NCBI GenBank assembly: GCA_052390235.1
Contig: JBQTHB010000005.1
Coordinates: 224,001-288,000 of the forward strand
Length of the DNA: 64,000 nucleotides
DNA from: Deltaproteobacteria bacterium
Lineage (GTDB): Bacteria > Desulfobacterota_D > UBA1144 > Nemesobacterales > CSP1-2
Direction: 5' to 3'
Below the pieces are notes generated by a model. It worked only from the letters and a program-made list of their open reading frames with translations, was not told where the DNA came from and did no database searches. Every line of letters begins with the position of its first letter. The first letter of the stretch is position 1. Below are positions 31,120-41,236 of this stretch, in pieces. The translations under genes and the position numbers were made by a program.

Positions 31120-32967
31120 TTATCTGACTATTCTGGGCGTAATGAAAACCAGAAGCTCTCGTCTCTGGTCAATCGTCGAGGTATTTCTGAACAAAAATCC
31201 GAGCAGTGGGATTCTCGAAAGCCACGGAATCCCGGACAGGCTCTCCGTTGAGGTTCTCGTAAAAATCCCGCCTACGACTATGGTTTCGCCGTCAAGGGCA
31301 AGCACCTGGGTTTCGGCTTCGTTTCTCCTGATGGCAGGCTGCCCGTCTGCGCCAACCACTGAGGGGTCGGGGGCGTTGTCCGTAACCTGTATTTGCATAA
31401 GCACCCTGCCGTCATTTGTAACCTGAGGGGTTACTTCGAGCCTCAGAGTTGCATCTACAAACTGGGTCTGAGTTCCCGCCGCCGAGACGCTCAGAAACGG
31501 AATTGAAACCCCCTGCTCGATTCTAGCCTCCTGATTGTCGAGCGTCAGCACCTTCGGCGAGGAAAGCACCCTGCCATCTCCCCTGCTCTCAAGAGCCGAT
31601 AGCCTGATGTCGAGGTCGTAAGCGCCAGTGAGACTGCCCAAAACCACTCCCAGCGCGCCTCCTGAGCCGGGGCCCACAGCCGCAGGAAGGTCAACGATGA
31701 AGTTCTGCCCTATGTTTCCAAATGGGCCAGGCGCTCCCACTCCCACCCCGCCCACCCCGACGTTCGATGGGAAAATCGCTCCCGTCGGGTTGCCCGTAGC
31801 GGCTGAGGCTCGGTAGTTGAATCCCCACTGCACGCCAAGTTCTCTGGTGAAATCAAGCGTAGCCTGCACGATTCGGGATTCGATTAAAATCTGAGGCGTT
31901 CTGGTGTCGAGGCTTTTTAGTAGTTCCGAGATTTGAGCTACTCTGGTTTCGGTGTCTGTTATGAGAATGCTGTTGGTGCGCAGGTCAACTCTAGTCTCTC
32001 CGCGCGGGCTAAGGAGAGGGTCAGCGAGGCTTTTAAGGTCGGCGGCTTGGGCATAGTTTACAAATACCTGTTTGGTTGTGAGCGGCTCAAGCTGTTCTTT
32101 AGATTTGGCGGCGGCTTGAATTGCCGTCTGCCTCCTCTGGAGAGTAGTAAGCGGGGCGATTTTTATGACGTTTCCCTCTACGACAGCTCCGAGACCTGCG
32201 TTTTCAAGCACTACATCCATCGCCTGATCCCAGGGGACGTTCGTGAGCTTCAGTGTAACCGAGCCTTTAACATCGCCAGATACGATGACGTTAAAACCGC
32301 TTATATCGGCGAGAATCCTCAGGACGTCCCTTATGTCAGCGTCCTTGAAGTCAAACGATACGATTTGTCCCCGGTATATTTTTTTTGCTCCGAGGGTTGT
32401 AGCGATACGGAAATCGAAGGCAAATACAGGGGCGTTTTCATCTTCGGAGAACTGCACTTGCTGAGAGGCGGGTTTTTCCTGCTTGGCTTTTGTAAAGGAG
32501 AGATTCAGCAGATTCCCAGATTGCTCTATGGCTACGGGAGCGTTTTCTTTAAGCTCCACGATAATGATTGTGCTGTTTCCGTCCGAAGGGTCTGTGAAAG
32601 ACGATATGAAATTCACGGGGCTTGCGAAGTCCTTTACGTCTCTTGAGAGCTGGAGTTGCTCTGGCAGGAAGGCGTTCTTGAGTTTAATGGAAACCCTGCC
32701 TACCTCCCTCGGAAGCTCTTCATATCTTATTGGAGCGGAGGTCTTTATCCCGACTATCCCGACTCCGTCCTGAACCCCGAACCCCACGTTTTCAACCGTG
32801 GATACGGACGCGGGGGATTGCTCCGGTATTGTTGCCTGAGCTAACTTTAAGGCGGACTCTTCGGGGGCGTCGGCTATTGAGGATTGGGAAAACCCCGTTT
32901 TATAACCGGTAATTGAAAGGGAAAAAAACAGCAAAACCGTAAAAAGCGGCGTAAGCGTAAACCTCAT
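31120..32967 (-). CDS. pilQ: Type IV pilus secretin PilQ
   Basis: AMIN-like domain, SFDFKDADIRDVLR, VPWDQA, QILIESRIV and ELLVFITPRIV. Confidence 0.95.
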   Translation of the reverse strand: MRFTLTPLFTVLLFFSLSITGYKTGFSQSSIADAPEESALKLAQATIPEQSPASVSTVENVGFGVQDGVGIVGIKTSAPIRYEELPREVGRVSIKLKNAFLPEQLQLSRDVKDFASPVNFISSFTDPSDGNSTIIIVELKENAPVAIEQSGNLLNLSFTKAKQEKPASQQVQFSEDENAPVFAFDFRIATTLGAKKIYRGQIVSFDFKDADIRDVLRILADISGFNVIVSGDVKGSVTLKLTNVPWDQAMDVVLENAGLGAVVEGNVIKIAPLTTLQRRQTAIQAAAKSKEQLEPLTTKQVFVNYAQAADLKSLADPLLSPRGETRVDLRTNSILITDTETRVAQISELLKSLDTRTPQILIESRIVQATLDFTRELGVQWGFNYRASAATGNPTGAIFPSNVGVGGVGVGAPGPFGNIGQNFIVDLPAAVGPGSGGALGVVLGSLTGAYDLDIRLSALESRGDGRVLSSPKVLTLDNQEARIEQGVSIPFLSVSAAGTQTQFVDATLRLEVTPQVTNDGRVLMQIQVTDNAPDPSVVGADGQPAIRRNEAETQVLALDGETIVVGGIFTRTSTESLSGIPWLSRIPLLGFLFRNTSTIDQRRELLVFITPRIVR

Positions 32968-33018
32968 CCCACCGTCCTCCTTAGTCCTTTAAGAGTTAAA
33001 ATCAAACAACAAAAGGCT

Positions 33019-33046
33019 ATTATATATGGCTATTGGGGTGTTGCAA
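33019..33046 (-). promoter_or_regulatory. Possible internal sigma70 promoter upstream of pilQ
   Basis: TTGCAA, 16 nt, TATAAT on the minus strand in the 200-bp pilP-pilQ gap. Confidence 0.45.
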
Positions 33047-33170
33047 ACCGCCGTTGCCAACGCCTGCACCACTACTCGCGCCCCCCCGCCTGCTTGCATC
33101 CTAATCCGTTCCCCAATTTTTAAATATAAATAACAAAATCGGGAGATTTAAAAAAAGCTGGCTTACGCGG

Positions 33171-33638
33171 CTACTCCTGCCTGAATGCAAGAACGGCGGT
33201 TGAAACCTCAGTTTTTATCTCTCCATAGATGTCCTCAAAAACCCTCCTCTCGCGCACGACTATCCCCCTGCCCTTCACCTCGATAATAGTGCCTTGGCTG
33301 TTTCCTATCTCATCCCCCACGCCGAGGACGTAGGTGTTTTTCTCCGGGTCAACTATCATGACTTTGGGGTTTTGTCCGGTTTCCTGCAAAATGCCGGTGA
33401 TTCTGAACTCTTCGAGAGGATATTTTTTTATCGGCGGCAGGTTTATCTGCTGGGGTTTTATTTCTGCCTCTTGGATAATTTTTATGAACGGTCTGAATGG
33501 ATCGCGCTTGCCGGCGGAGCTATAGGGCGCTCTGGGTTCTGAAATAACGCTCGGCGGGGTTTCCTCGCCGCGCACGGGGGCGGCGCAAACAACGCTGAAA
33601 AGTAAAAGCAACGCCATGTAAATCGGGTTTCTTTTCAT
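33171..33638 (-). CDS. pilP: Type IV pilus assembly protein PilP
   Basis: GKRDPFRP, YPLEEF and VGDEIG. Confidence 0.9.
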   Translation of the reverse strand: MKRNPIYMALLLLFSVVCAAPVRGEETPPSVISEPRAPYSSAGKRDPFRPFIKIIQEAEIKPQQINLPPIKKYPLEEFRITGILQETGQNPKVMIVDPEKNTYVLGVGDEIGNSQGTIIEVKGRGIVVRERRVFEDIYGEIKTEVSTAVLAFRQE

Positions 33639-34300
33639 TGCTCTTCTTCCTTGGTGTTGTTTTTATTTTTCCTTCCCCTCTTTTTCGGCTTTGCTTCGTC
33701 CTCTGGGGTGTCGGCGCGGGGTGGCAGCAGCCTAAATGTTACGGCGGTGAATGCGGCGTTGAGAACGATGTCGTTTGATTTGCTTTTTTTATCTTCCCTA
33801 GCCAGATTGAGGTCTCTTACATTTACAATGCGTGGGAGCCTTGATACCCTGTCGAAGAAATTGGCGAGCTCAAAGTACGAGCCAAAAACGTTTATCTCTA
33901 TTGGAATCTCAGCGTATATGTCCTTGGTAACCTCCCCTTTGGGGGTGAAGGCGATGGACTCAAGCCCCGACGCTGAGACTGCGGCATAGACTCCGTCTAT
34001 CAGGGTGGGGATTTCCTTCTCTTCGGGGAGTTTCTTCGCCGCAATCTCAAACTCCTTTGTAAGCCTCTTAAATTCCTCTTCAAATCTCGGAAGCTCCTTG
34101 GCGACGGCTTCGTATTCTTTTAATCTCTGCTCTTCTTTCTGGAGGGCGGAACGCCGACTTTTTAGCTCCTCGGCTTTCGGAGACCATATAAAGTACCAGT
34201 ACCCTCCGGCTAAGAGGACGATAAGTGTAATAAGTACGGCAATTCTGGTACGAGGGGGTTTTTCGTTTATCGCCTCAACCAGATTTTCAAACCTACCCAT
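33635..34300 (-). CDS. pilO: Type IV pilus assembly protein PilO
   Basis: TM + coiled coil; LPEEKEIPTL, YAEIPI and LPRIVN. Confidence 0.92.
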   Translation of the reverse strand: MGRFENLVEAINEKPPRTRIAVLITLIVLLAGGYWYFIWSPKAEELKSRRSALQKEEQRLKEYEAVAKELPRFEEEFKRLTKEFEIAAKKLPEEKEIPTLIDGVYAAVSASGLESIAFTPKGEVTKDIYAEIPIEINVFGSYFELANFFDRVSRLPRIVNVRDLNLAREDKKSKSNDIVLNAAFTAVTFRLLPPRADTPEDEAKPKKRGRKNKNNTKEEEQ

Positions 34301-34318
34301 AGCGCTACCTCGTTTAAT

Positions 34319-34906
34319 TTACTTGGGCTTCTTCTCTTCGATAACTTCGGGCTTCGGCTCACTTTTCCCCGAATAATTCAGCCTCGACTCTATTACGAAA
34401 GTCCTCAGCGAGAGCGTCTGCACGTCTTTTGCCTTGATTGATTTAAGCTCCACGTTTCGGAAATAGGGCGACGCCTGCATTCCCTTCATAAAATTCGCCA
34501 CAGTAAACTCGTCCCAAGCTATTCCCTCGACTTTTGCGACGAATCCTTTTTCGGAGAAATTATCAAACCAAGACCTCTCAGGTATCGCGTTTGCGAGGGC
34601 GTCCATGACAAAGAGCGGCCCTGTGCGGTTCTCCTCAAGCACGGCGATGACCCTTATCTTATCCTCAAGCTCTTTGTTCTTGAGCTTAAAGTCGTCAACC
34701 TTTTTTTTGACCTCTTCGAGTTCCCCTATCCGCTTCTGCGTCTTGGCGATTTTATCGTTTACCTCGCCGAGCCGGACTGCCTGCGTCAGGTGGATGGCTA
34801 TTATCACGAGTAGGACGGCGGCGAGGGCAAGGGCCCCAATAATGAAATTATTGAGTCCCGCGGTTTGCTTTTTCTCTTCTCTGGAAAGGAGATTGATTTT
34901 TATCAT
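34319..34906 (-). CDS. pilN: Type IV pilus assembly protein PilN
   Basis: MIKINLL motif, TM, coiled coil, SPYF. Confidence 0.92.
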   Translation of the reverse strand: MIKINLLSREEKKQTAGLNNFIIGALALAAVLLVIIAIHLTQAVRLGEVNDKIAKTQKRIGELEEVKKKVDDFKLKNKELEDKIRVIAVLEENRTGPLFVMDALANAIPERSWFDNFSEKGFVAKVEGIAWDEFTVANFMKGMQASPYFRNVELKSIKAKDVQTLSLRTFVIESRLNYSGKSEPKPEVIEEKKPK

Positions 34907-35952
34907 AATTTCTCGTCCCCTCTTCTGAGCGCAAGTCCGACGGCGACACCCATTTTTGGGGCAATACCCTGCATATACTCCGAGTCAAATTCCATCTCGT
35001 TGTATGAGATATTCTTAAAGGGGTTTATTATTTCGACCGACGCGCCTGTGAATTCTTCGAGTGATTCTCTCAATTGCGGAATTTTGGACGCCCCTCCGCC
35101 GAGCATTATTTTGGTTACTTCATCTTTGGACAGGGTTGAGGAGAAAAAATCTAGGGTTTTTTGAATCTCCCTGCACATGGTCTCGGTAAACTCCCTCGAA
35201 ACCCTATCGAGGTCCGAGTCCCCTGCCGATAGGGCGGAGCGTTTTTTCTTTTCTGCCGCGTCGAAGCCTACGTTCAACTCCCTTTGTATAAGCTCCGTGA
35301 GCTGGTTTCCGCCGATGGTTATATCAGTGGTAAAAACCGAATATCCGCCTTTTAGGATGTTAATGTGAATTAGTGAAGCCCCGACATCCACGAGAGCGAC
35401 GGCGCTGTCCTCGTGTTTGTAGTTAAGTTCGTACATATTCTCAAGGGCGAATGCGTCAACGTCCACGACGACCGGGTTCAGACCGACCTCTCTTACGACG
35501 GACGTGTAGGTGTTTGCCACATCTTTTTTGGCGATGACTATGAGGACATCTGTGTTGCCTTCGGCGTTTTCTGTGCTGAGGGCTTGGAAGTCGTAGTTGA
35601 TTTCCTCGATTCTCTGAGTTACGGACTGCTCTATCTCCCAAACCACTGAAGCGTCAATGTCCTTGCGGTTCATTTTCGGGAGGCTTATCCGTTTAATTAT
35701 CACGGCGTTGCCTGAAATCGAGACGGCGACGTCTCTGGTCTTTATTCTGAGGCTCTGTATCAGCTCGGACAGAGCCCCCGCGACGGCTTCGGGGTTAACG
35801 ATGGATTTGTTGAGTATGGATTCGCGCGGCAGAGGGGCTTCGCCTAATTTGCTAAGCTCCCAGCCCTTTTTCGTGGCTTTAAGCTCTACCAATTTTACCG
35901 CGCTAGAACCGATATCGAGTCCAATAACGTCTCTTCTTTTAAATGGCCACAT
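34903..35952 (-). CDS. pilM: Type IV pilus assembly protein PilM
   Basis: GLDIGSSAVK, DVDAFAL, DVGA, LGGG and AVGLALR. Confidence 0.95.
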   Translation of the reverse strand: MWPFKRRDVIGLDIGSSAVKLVELKATKKGWELSKLGEAPLPRESILNKSIVNPEAVAGALSELIQSLRIKTRDVAVSISGNAVIIKRISLPKMNRKDIDASVVWEIEQSVTQRIEEINYDFQALSTENAEGNTDVLIVIAKKDVANTYTSVVREVGLNPVVVDVDAFALENMYELNYKHEDSAVALVDVGASLIHINILKGGYSVFTTDITIGGNQLTELIQRELNVGFDAAEKKKRSALSAGDSDLDRVSREFTETMCREIQKTLDFFSSTLSKDEVTKIMLGGGASKIPQLRESLEEFTGASVEIINPFKNISYNEMEFDSEYMQGIAPKMGVAVGLALRRGDEKL

Positions 35953-36192
35953 CGCACCCTCTATTGAAACACTTTCTCATGTTTTTTGCAATAGGTACTT
36001 CAATCATCAGCAGTGGTTACAATTAAAAATATCGGGAAATATCGGCGTAAGATTGCAAAATTTGTAACGTCTCAGCAAAAAACTACTGCTCAAACAAATT
36101 TTTGTCAATCTCAAAGGTGGGAAATTATTAATACTCCAATCGAAGGGGGGCTTCGGGGACTGGAAAATCTCGTCGTCGTAGCGGGTTAGCTG

Positions 36193-36220
36193 AGGCGAGG
36201 GCGACTGCTTGCCCTCGCCT
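36193..36220. other. GC-rich hairpin between the Dsb gene and pilM
   Basis: AGGCGAGGGC/GCCCTCGCCT perfect 10-bp stem; no U-tract. Confidence 0.5.
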
Positions 36221-36242
36221 GCGCGGTTCATCGCGCTTATTA

Positions 36243-37229
36243 TCACTTTGCGGCGAGATTCGATTCGATTGCCGCTTTAAGGGCTTCGGGGTTTGCTCCC
36301 GGGACAGGCTGTCCGTTCACCAGGAAAGTCGGCGTTGAATTTACGCCTACGCTCTGCCCCTCGGCAAGCTCAGCGTCAACTCTCTTGGCGGTTTCGGGGG
36401 AGCTGAAGCAGGCATCAAACTTTTTCTTGTCGAGTCCGGCTTGAGCGGCGTAGCCCTTGAAAAGCTCCTTTGACTTGTCAACCGTGATTTCTTTCTGCTT
36501 TGCAAACACTAGGTCGTGAAATTTCCAGAAATTATCGTTTCCCTGCTTGTAGGCGCACAGCGAGCCGATGGCGGCGTCCTTCGCCCAAGCGTGGTTGGGA
36601 AGCGGGAACTGCTTATAGACGAGCTTCACCTTGCCCTTGTATTGCTGGAGTATCGGGGGCATCATTTCGGCGCCTTTTTTGCAAAACGGACACTGAAAAT
36701 CCGAATACTCGACTATAGTAACCTTAGCGTTCTTATCCCCAAGAACGGGAACGTCGCTCAGAGAGATTTTATTCATCGTCTCTTTAAACGGGTCAATTGT
36801 GGAATCCATCAAATCGGCGAGAATTAAATATTTGCCGTCCTTGCTCATGAGCATTGGAAACGACTGCTTGCCGAAAGCCGCGTTGCCTCTCTTGATGCCG
36901 GGAACTTTGGTGTCTTCAAATTTCGTAACGTCTATCGGCTCTCCGAAAACCACGTATTTCCCGTCCTCGCTCACCAAAAATCCGACATCTCCCGAACCCC
37001 TTGGGGACTTCACTACGAAAGTGCCTTTCTTAAACCCCGCAATGGGACTCTTCTCGTAGCCTTTAACGTCAATTGTGGTATCCGGGGTTACGGCCGCTCC
37101 GAGCCTCTTCTTGAGGAACGACTGGAGCCTTGCCGCTTCTTTGGGGGAAATGGTCTCTGCGAAAACCGCCGTTACAAAGGTAAAAAGAGCTAGCACAGTG
37201 AGCGCCGCCCCTAAATACTTAATTCTCAT
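36243..37229 (-). CDS. Periplasmic DsbA/DsbC-like thiol:disulfide oxidoreductase
   Basis: Signal peptide; EYSDFQCPFC, QFPL and GVNSTPTF; start at ATG 37229 after GGAGG. Confidence 0.9.
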   Translation of the reverse strand: MRIKYLGAALTVLALFTFVTAVFAETISPKEAARLQSFLKKRLGAAVTPDTTIDVKGYEKSPIAGFKKGTFVVKSPRGSGDVGFLVSEDGKYVVFGEPIDVTKFEDTKVPGIKRGNAAFGKQSFPMLMSKDGKYLILADLMDSTIDPFKETMNKISLSDVPVLGDKNAKVTIVEYSDFQCPFCKKGAEMMPPILQQYKGKVKLVYKQFPLPNHAWAKDAAIGSLCAYKQGNDNFWKFHDLVFAKQKEITVDKSKELFKGYAAQAGLDKKKFDACFSSPETAKRVDAELAEGQSVGVNSTPTFLVNGQPVPGANPEALKAAIESNLAAK

Positions 37230-37309
37230 TAAATTCCTCCGTCTGAACTTATTTTCGTAAAATATACCAGTGATTCCGCCCAATTCAACAATTTTATTAA
37301 GTTACCGGC

Positions 37310-38608
37310 TTAATTTTTCTCGAACACCCTCTCGAAAATGTAATCCACGTTGCGGATGTCGTGGCTCATATCAAAGCACCCGGCAACCTCCTGCGGCGTA
37401 AGGTGAGCGGCTATCTGCGCGTCCTTCGTGAGGAGTTCGATAAAATTCTCCTTGTTCTTCCACACCCTCATGGCGTTTCCCTGTACGAGCCTGTAAGCGT
37501 CCTCCCTGGACAGCCCTTTTCCCACGAGCATGAGAAGCACCTTCTCGGAGAAAATCAGCCCCCCTGTTATCCACAGATTGCGCTCCATGTTCTCTGGATA
37601 GACGTTTAGCCCCTCAAGGAGCGACCCCAGCCTTGCGAGCATAAAATCGAGCAGGATAGTTGTGTCCGGCGCAATTACCCTCTCGACGGACGAGTGGCTT
37701 ATGTCGCGCTCGTGCCAAAGGGCGATGTTCTCAAGCGAGCTGATAGCGGACGACCGCACCACGCGCGCAAGCCCGCAGAGATTCTCCGAGAGAATGGGGT
37801 TTCGTTTGTGCGGCATGGCGGACGAGCCTTTCTGGCCCTCGGTGAACGGCTCTTCGAGTTCCAGCACTTCGGTGCGTTGGCAGTGGCGGATTTGCAGGGC
37901 TATTTTTTCAATTGTCCCGGCGACGATGGAGAGGGTCATAAAATACTCGGCGTGAAGGTCTCGCTGAACTATCTGAGTAGAAATTGATGCCGGCTTAAGT
38001 CCCAGTAGCTTGCAGGCATAGTCCTCCACAAATGGCGGCAGATTCGCATAAGTCCCCACTGCGCCTGAAATTTTCCCGACCGCAATGACCCTTTGCGCCC
38101 GCTCTACGCGCTCCAAATTCCGTCCCATCTCATCGTACCAGAGGGCAAACATCAGTCCCAGCGTCGTAGGCTCGGCGTGGATTCCGTGCGTTCTTCCGAC
38201 CATGGGGGTGTATTTATATTTACCGGCGAGCGTTTTTAGGGTGGCGAGCAATTTTTTAATATCCTCGATAATAATCCCAGCCGCGTCCCTTAGCTGAAGC
38301 GCAAGGGCGGTGTCGAGAACATCCGACGACGTAAGCCCGAGATGAATAAACCTCGCCTCCTCGCCCACATATTCGCCAACTGAGGTGAGAAAAGCGATAA
38401 CGTCGTGCTTTAGCACCCTCTCAAGCTCGTTAATTCTCGCCGTGTCGAACTTGGCGCGCTCTTTTATTTTGGCGAGCGCATCCGGCGGGATTTGCCCCAG
38501 CTTCTCCCAAGCCTCGCAGGCGGCAATCTCCACCCTCAGCCAACGCTCGTATCTCGCCTCGTCCGTCCAAATTGAGACCATCTCTGCTCGTGAATATCTC
38601 TCTATCAA
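37310..38608 (-). CDS. purB: Adenylosuccinate lyase
   Basis: HDVIAF, GRTHGIHAEP and GSSAMPHKRNP. Confidence 0.97.
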   Translation of the reverse strand: MIERYSRAEMVSIWTDEARYERWLRVEIAACEAWEKLGQIPPDALAKIKERAKFDTARINELERVLKHDVIAFLTSVGEYVGEEARFIHLGLTSSDVLDTALALQLRDAAGIIIEDIKKLLATLKTLAGKYKYTPMVGRTHGIHAEPTTLGLMFALWYDEMGRNLERVERAQRVIAVGKISGAVGTYANLPPFVEDYACKLLGLKPASISTQIVQRDLHAEYFMTLSIVAGTIEKIALQIRHCQRTEVLELEEPFTEGQKGSSAMPHKRNPILSENLCGLARVVRSSAISSLENIALWHERDISHSSVERVIAPDTTILLDFMLARLGSLLEGLNVYPENMERNLWITGGLIFSEKVLLMLVGKGLSREDAYRLVQGNAMRVWKNKENFIELLTKDAQIAAHLTPQEVAGCFDMSHDIRNVDYIFERVFEKN

Positions 38609-39360
38609 ATTAAAATTACCTCCCCCGGGGTTTTTCTTGGGGCTACGGACACCTTCACCACTCCCGCCGCCCCTTTTTTTTCCAATGCCTGCTCTGCCGC
38701 CTTCATCGCCAGATTCGGTCTATTATTTGCCTCGCTCAGATGCGCTAAGACCACGTGCCTAAGCTCTCCGTGAACGAGATTCTCCAGAAGCGCCGCCGCC
38801 TGACTGTTTGATAGGTGTCCGAGGCGGCTTTTTATCCTCTGCTTCAACTCCCACGGATACGAGCTGTAGAGGAGCATCTGCTCGTCGTGATTGAATTCCA
38901 GCACCAGAGCGTTCGACCCCTTGAGCCGCTCCCGCACCAGCGCGGTTTCCATGCCGATGTCGGTCGCTATGCCGATTTTTTTCCCGTCTGCTTCTATGGC
39001 GAATCCCACGGGGTCAGCGGCGTCGTGAGGAATGGAAAACGGAGATATGAATAAATCGCCCAGCCAAAAAGCCGTCCCCGCGCTAAACTCTCGCAAATCT
39101 GAGACCTTATCCTTCCAGAGTTCAATCGTCGCCCCCGCCACATAGACCGGCCTCCCGATATGAGGCAGGCACGAGGCGTGGTCGGTGTGTTCGTGCGTAA
39201 CAATAACCGCGTCAATGTCCGAAACCGACACTCCGAGGGGATTGAGCCTCTGGGTGATTTGCCTCAGGCTGATGCCTGCGTCCACCAAGATTTTTGAATT
39301 TTTGCTTTCGATATAGAGTGAGTTGCCAGAGCTTCCGCTGGCAAGTGTGCATATTCTCAT
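38605..39360 (-). CDS. MBL-fold metallo-hydrolase (YycJ/WalJ/PhnP-like)
   Basis: LASGSSGNS, THEHTDH, HDA, GHLSN and HLS. Confidence 0.92.
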   Translation of the reverse strand: MRICTLASGSSGNSLYIESKNSKILVDAGISLRQITQRLNPLGVSVSDIDAVIVTHEHTDHASCLPHIGRPVYVAGATIELWKDKVSDLREFSAGTAFWLGDLFISPFSIPHDAADPVGFAIEADGKKIGIATDIGMETALVRERLKGSNALVLEFNHDEQMLLYSSYPWELKQRIKSRLGHLSNSQAAALLENLVHGELRHVVLAHLSEANNRPNLAMKAAEQALEKKGAAGVVKVSVAPRKTPGEVILI

Positions 39361-39488
39361 CAGTCTGCCCTGAAAAATACCGGATGTAGTATGATTGGGC
39401 TAAAATCCCGTTGTCAACACTATGGCAGTTAACGCAAAATTCGTATAGAATAGTGGCTGTGTGAATAATAATCCAGGAGGGCGTTGAT

Positions 39489-40046
39489 ATGAACTATTGT
39501 AGAATAAAATTAGTAGCCTCCTTTTGTGCGCTTTTCTCCTTAATTCTCCTAGCCGGATGTAGCCCGACTAAGACGGTTTTCTTCAAACAACCCGAGAGTA
39601 AAGCCCAAAATTACCATGTTGTCGAAATACCCGATTTCACAAAAACCGAGCTGGAATGGGTGCCATACGATTCAAATATCGAAATCCCCAATATGCTTGC
39701 CGAGAAACTGAGAACGGCAAACGGTTTCGATGAAATCGCCCGCGACGCCTCGGCGGTGGATAAGTCCGAGAGCGGAGTTCTAGTGGTTCAGGGCGAGGTG
39801 ATTCACTATAACCGCGGCTGCAAGTTCTGCGAGTGGCTCCTCAGGGTCAACGACAAGGGCAAAAGCTCCATAACCGTACGGGTACAACTGCTCGATAAAA
39901 CCACTGGCAACGTGCTTGCCGACACGAGCATCGAGGGCAGAGCCAAGTCTCCGGGATACGGCAAGTACCGCTATGTGCGGGTTGTTGATGAGATGGCGCG
40001 CCTTATCGAGAGCGTAAATGAGAGAAAATCGTATAGTCAAAAGTAG
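39489..40046 (+). CDS. Lipoprotein, DUF4410-like
   Basis: Lipobox LAGC; V.GEVIHYNRG...V.L.D..TG pattern. Confidence 0.65.
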   Translation: MNYCRIKLVASFCALFSLILLAGCSPTKTVFFKQPESKAQNYHVVEIPDFTKTELEWVPYDSNIEIPNMLAEKLRTANGFDEIARDASAVDKSESGVLVVQGEVIHYNRGCKFCEWLLRVNDKGKSSITVRVQLLDKTTGNVLADTSIEGRAKSPGYGKYRYVRVVDEMARLIESVNERKSYSQK

Positions 40047-40228
40047 TTCGTCTTATAATTTTTTCTCCGCGCTCTTTTGCTCTACACGAGTTGAAATAGG
40101 CTATTTTTATATTTCTCCAACTGGGATTAGCTAGATTCTAAGGGGTCTCGGAATAATCCGAACGCGGTGTTTCTAAATAGCTTAGGTCTGATTCGGCGGT
40201 GCGCTAGGGACGGGGGGGGAGGCAGGAA

Positions 40229-41236
40229 GTGAATGTAAAAATATTTCTCCTTATTTTTGCTGTAGCGCTTGGTTTTTCAGTTACTTATCCATTTAATAAC
40301 CTAATGTTTGCCTCGGTTGTCGGGGCGGTGTTCGGGGCTGTAGCCGTCGGCGTTTTGTGGGGGCTTGAGCCTCAAATCGAGGGTTTGCCCATTAAAGCCA
40401 TTCTAGGAGGGGCGGCGGGGGTTGTGATAGCCTCTTTCGGGTTTTTAGCGTTCAAGGAAATGGTCGGAGGCGTTGGAGTTTCTCCGAGATTCGCCCCGTA
40501 TCTCTACATCATATCGTTCCTCTCGCTCTACTATCTGGCGGTTTCCGTCGGGATAAAGAAGGGACTCGAATTCGATGAGTCCGATAGGGATTCAACCAGA
40601 GGGGGCGGCTACAGGACAACTAAAATTCTCGACACGAGCGTCATTATTGACGGCAGAATCGCCGACGTAGCCGAGGCGGGATTTATCGAAGGGGCGCTCA
40701 TAGTGCCGAAATTTATAATAAAAGAGCTTCAGTACATAGCCGACTCCCCAGAGCTGATAAAACGCGCAAGGGGCAGGCGGGGGCTTGATATTTTAAAGCG
40801 AATGCAGTCTATCCCCAACATCGTGGTGAAAATTACGAACCACGATTTCCCCCGCGTCAGGGAAACCGACCTCAAGCTCGTCGAGCTTGCCGGAAAAATC
40901 AAAGGCACAATCATTACAAACGACTTCAATCTAAATAAGGTCGCAGGGCTTCAGGGGGTCAAAGTGCTGAACCTCAACCAGCTCTCAAGCGCGATAAAGC
41001 CCGTCGTGCTTCCCGGCGAAACGATGAACATCAAGGTCATCAAAGAGGGCAAAGAGGGAAATCAGGGCGTGGGCTACCTTGAGGACGGCACAATGGTCGT
41101 CGTTGATGATGCGAGGAGATACCTTGGGCGCGAGGTTGAAGTGGCGGTAACGAGCGTGCTTCAGACGCCTACGGGGCGGATGATTTTCTCGAAGGTCAAG
41201 GATGAGGCCCTGTCGTCGGGGCTTGCTACGGGATGA
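40229..41236 (+). CDS. PIN/TRAM domain membrane protein (YacL-like)
   Basis: ILDTSVIIDGRI, RGRRGLD, TNDFNLNK and GYLEDGTMVVV; upstream of ispDF. Confidence 0.93.
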   Translation: MNVKIFLLIFAVALGFSVTYPFNNLMFASVVGAVFGAVAVGVLWGLEPQIEGLPIKAILGGAAGVVIASFGFLAFKEMVGGVGVSPRFAPYLYIISFLSLYYLAVSVGIKKGLEFDESDRDSTRGGGYRTTKILDTSVIIDGRIADVAEAGFIEGALIVPKFIIKELQYIADSPELIKRARGRRGLDILKRMQSIPNIVVKITNHDFPRVRETDLKLVELAGKIKGTIITNDFNLNKVAGLQGVKVLNLNQLSSAIKPVVLPGETMNIKVIKEGKEGNQGVGYLEDGTMVVVDDARRYLGREVEVAVTSVLQTPTGRMIFSKVKDEALSSGLATG

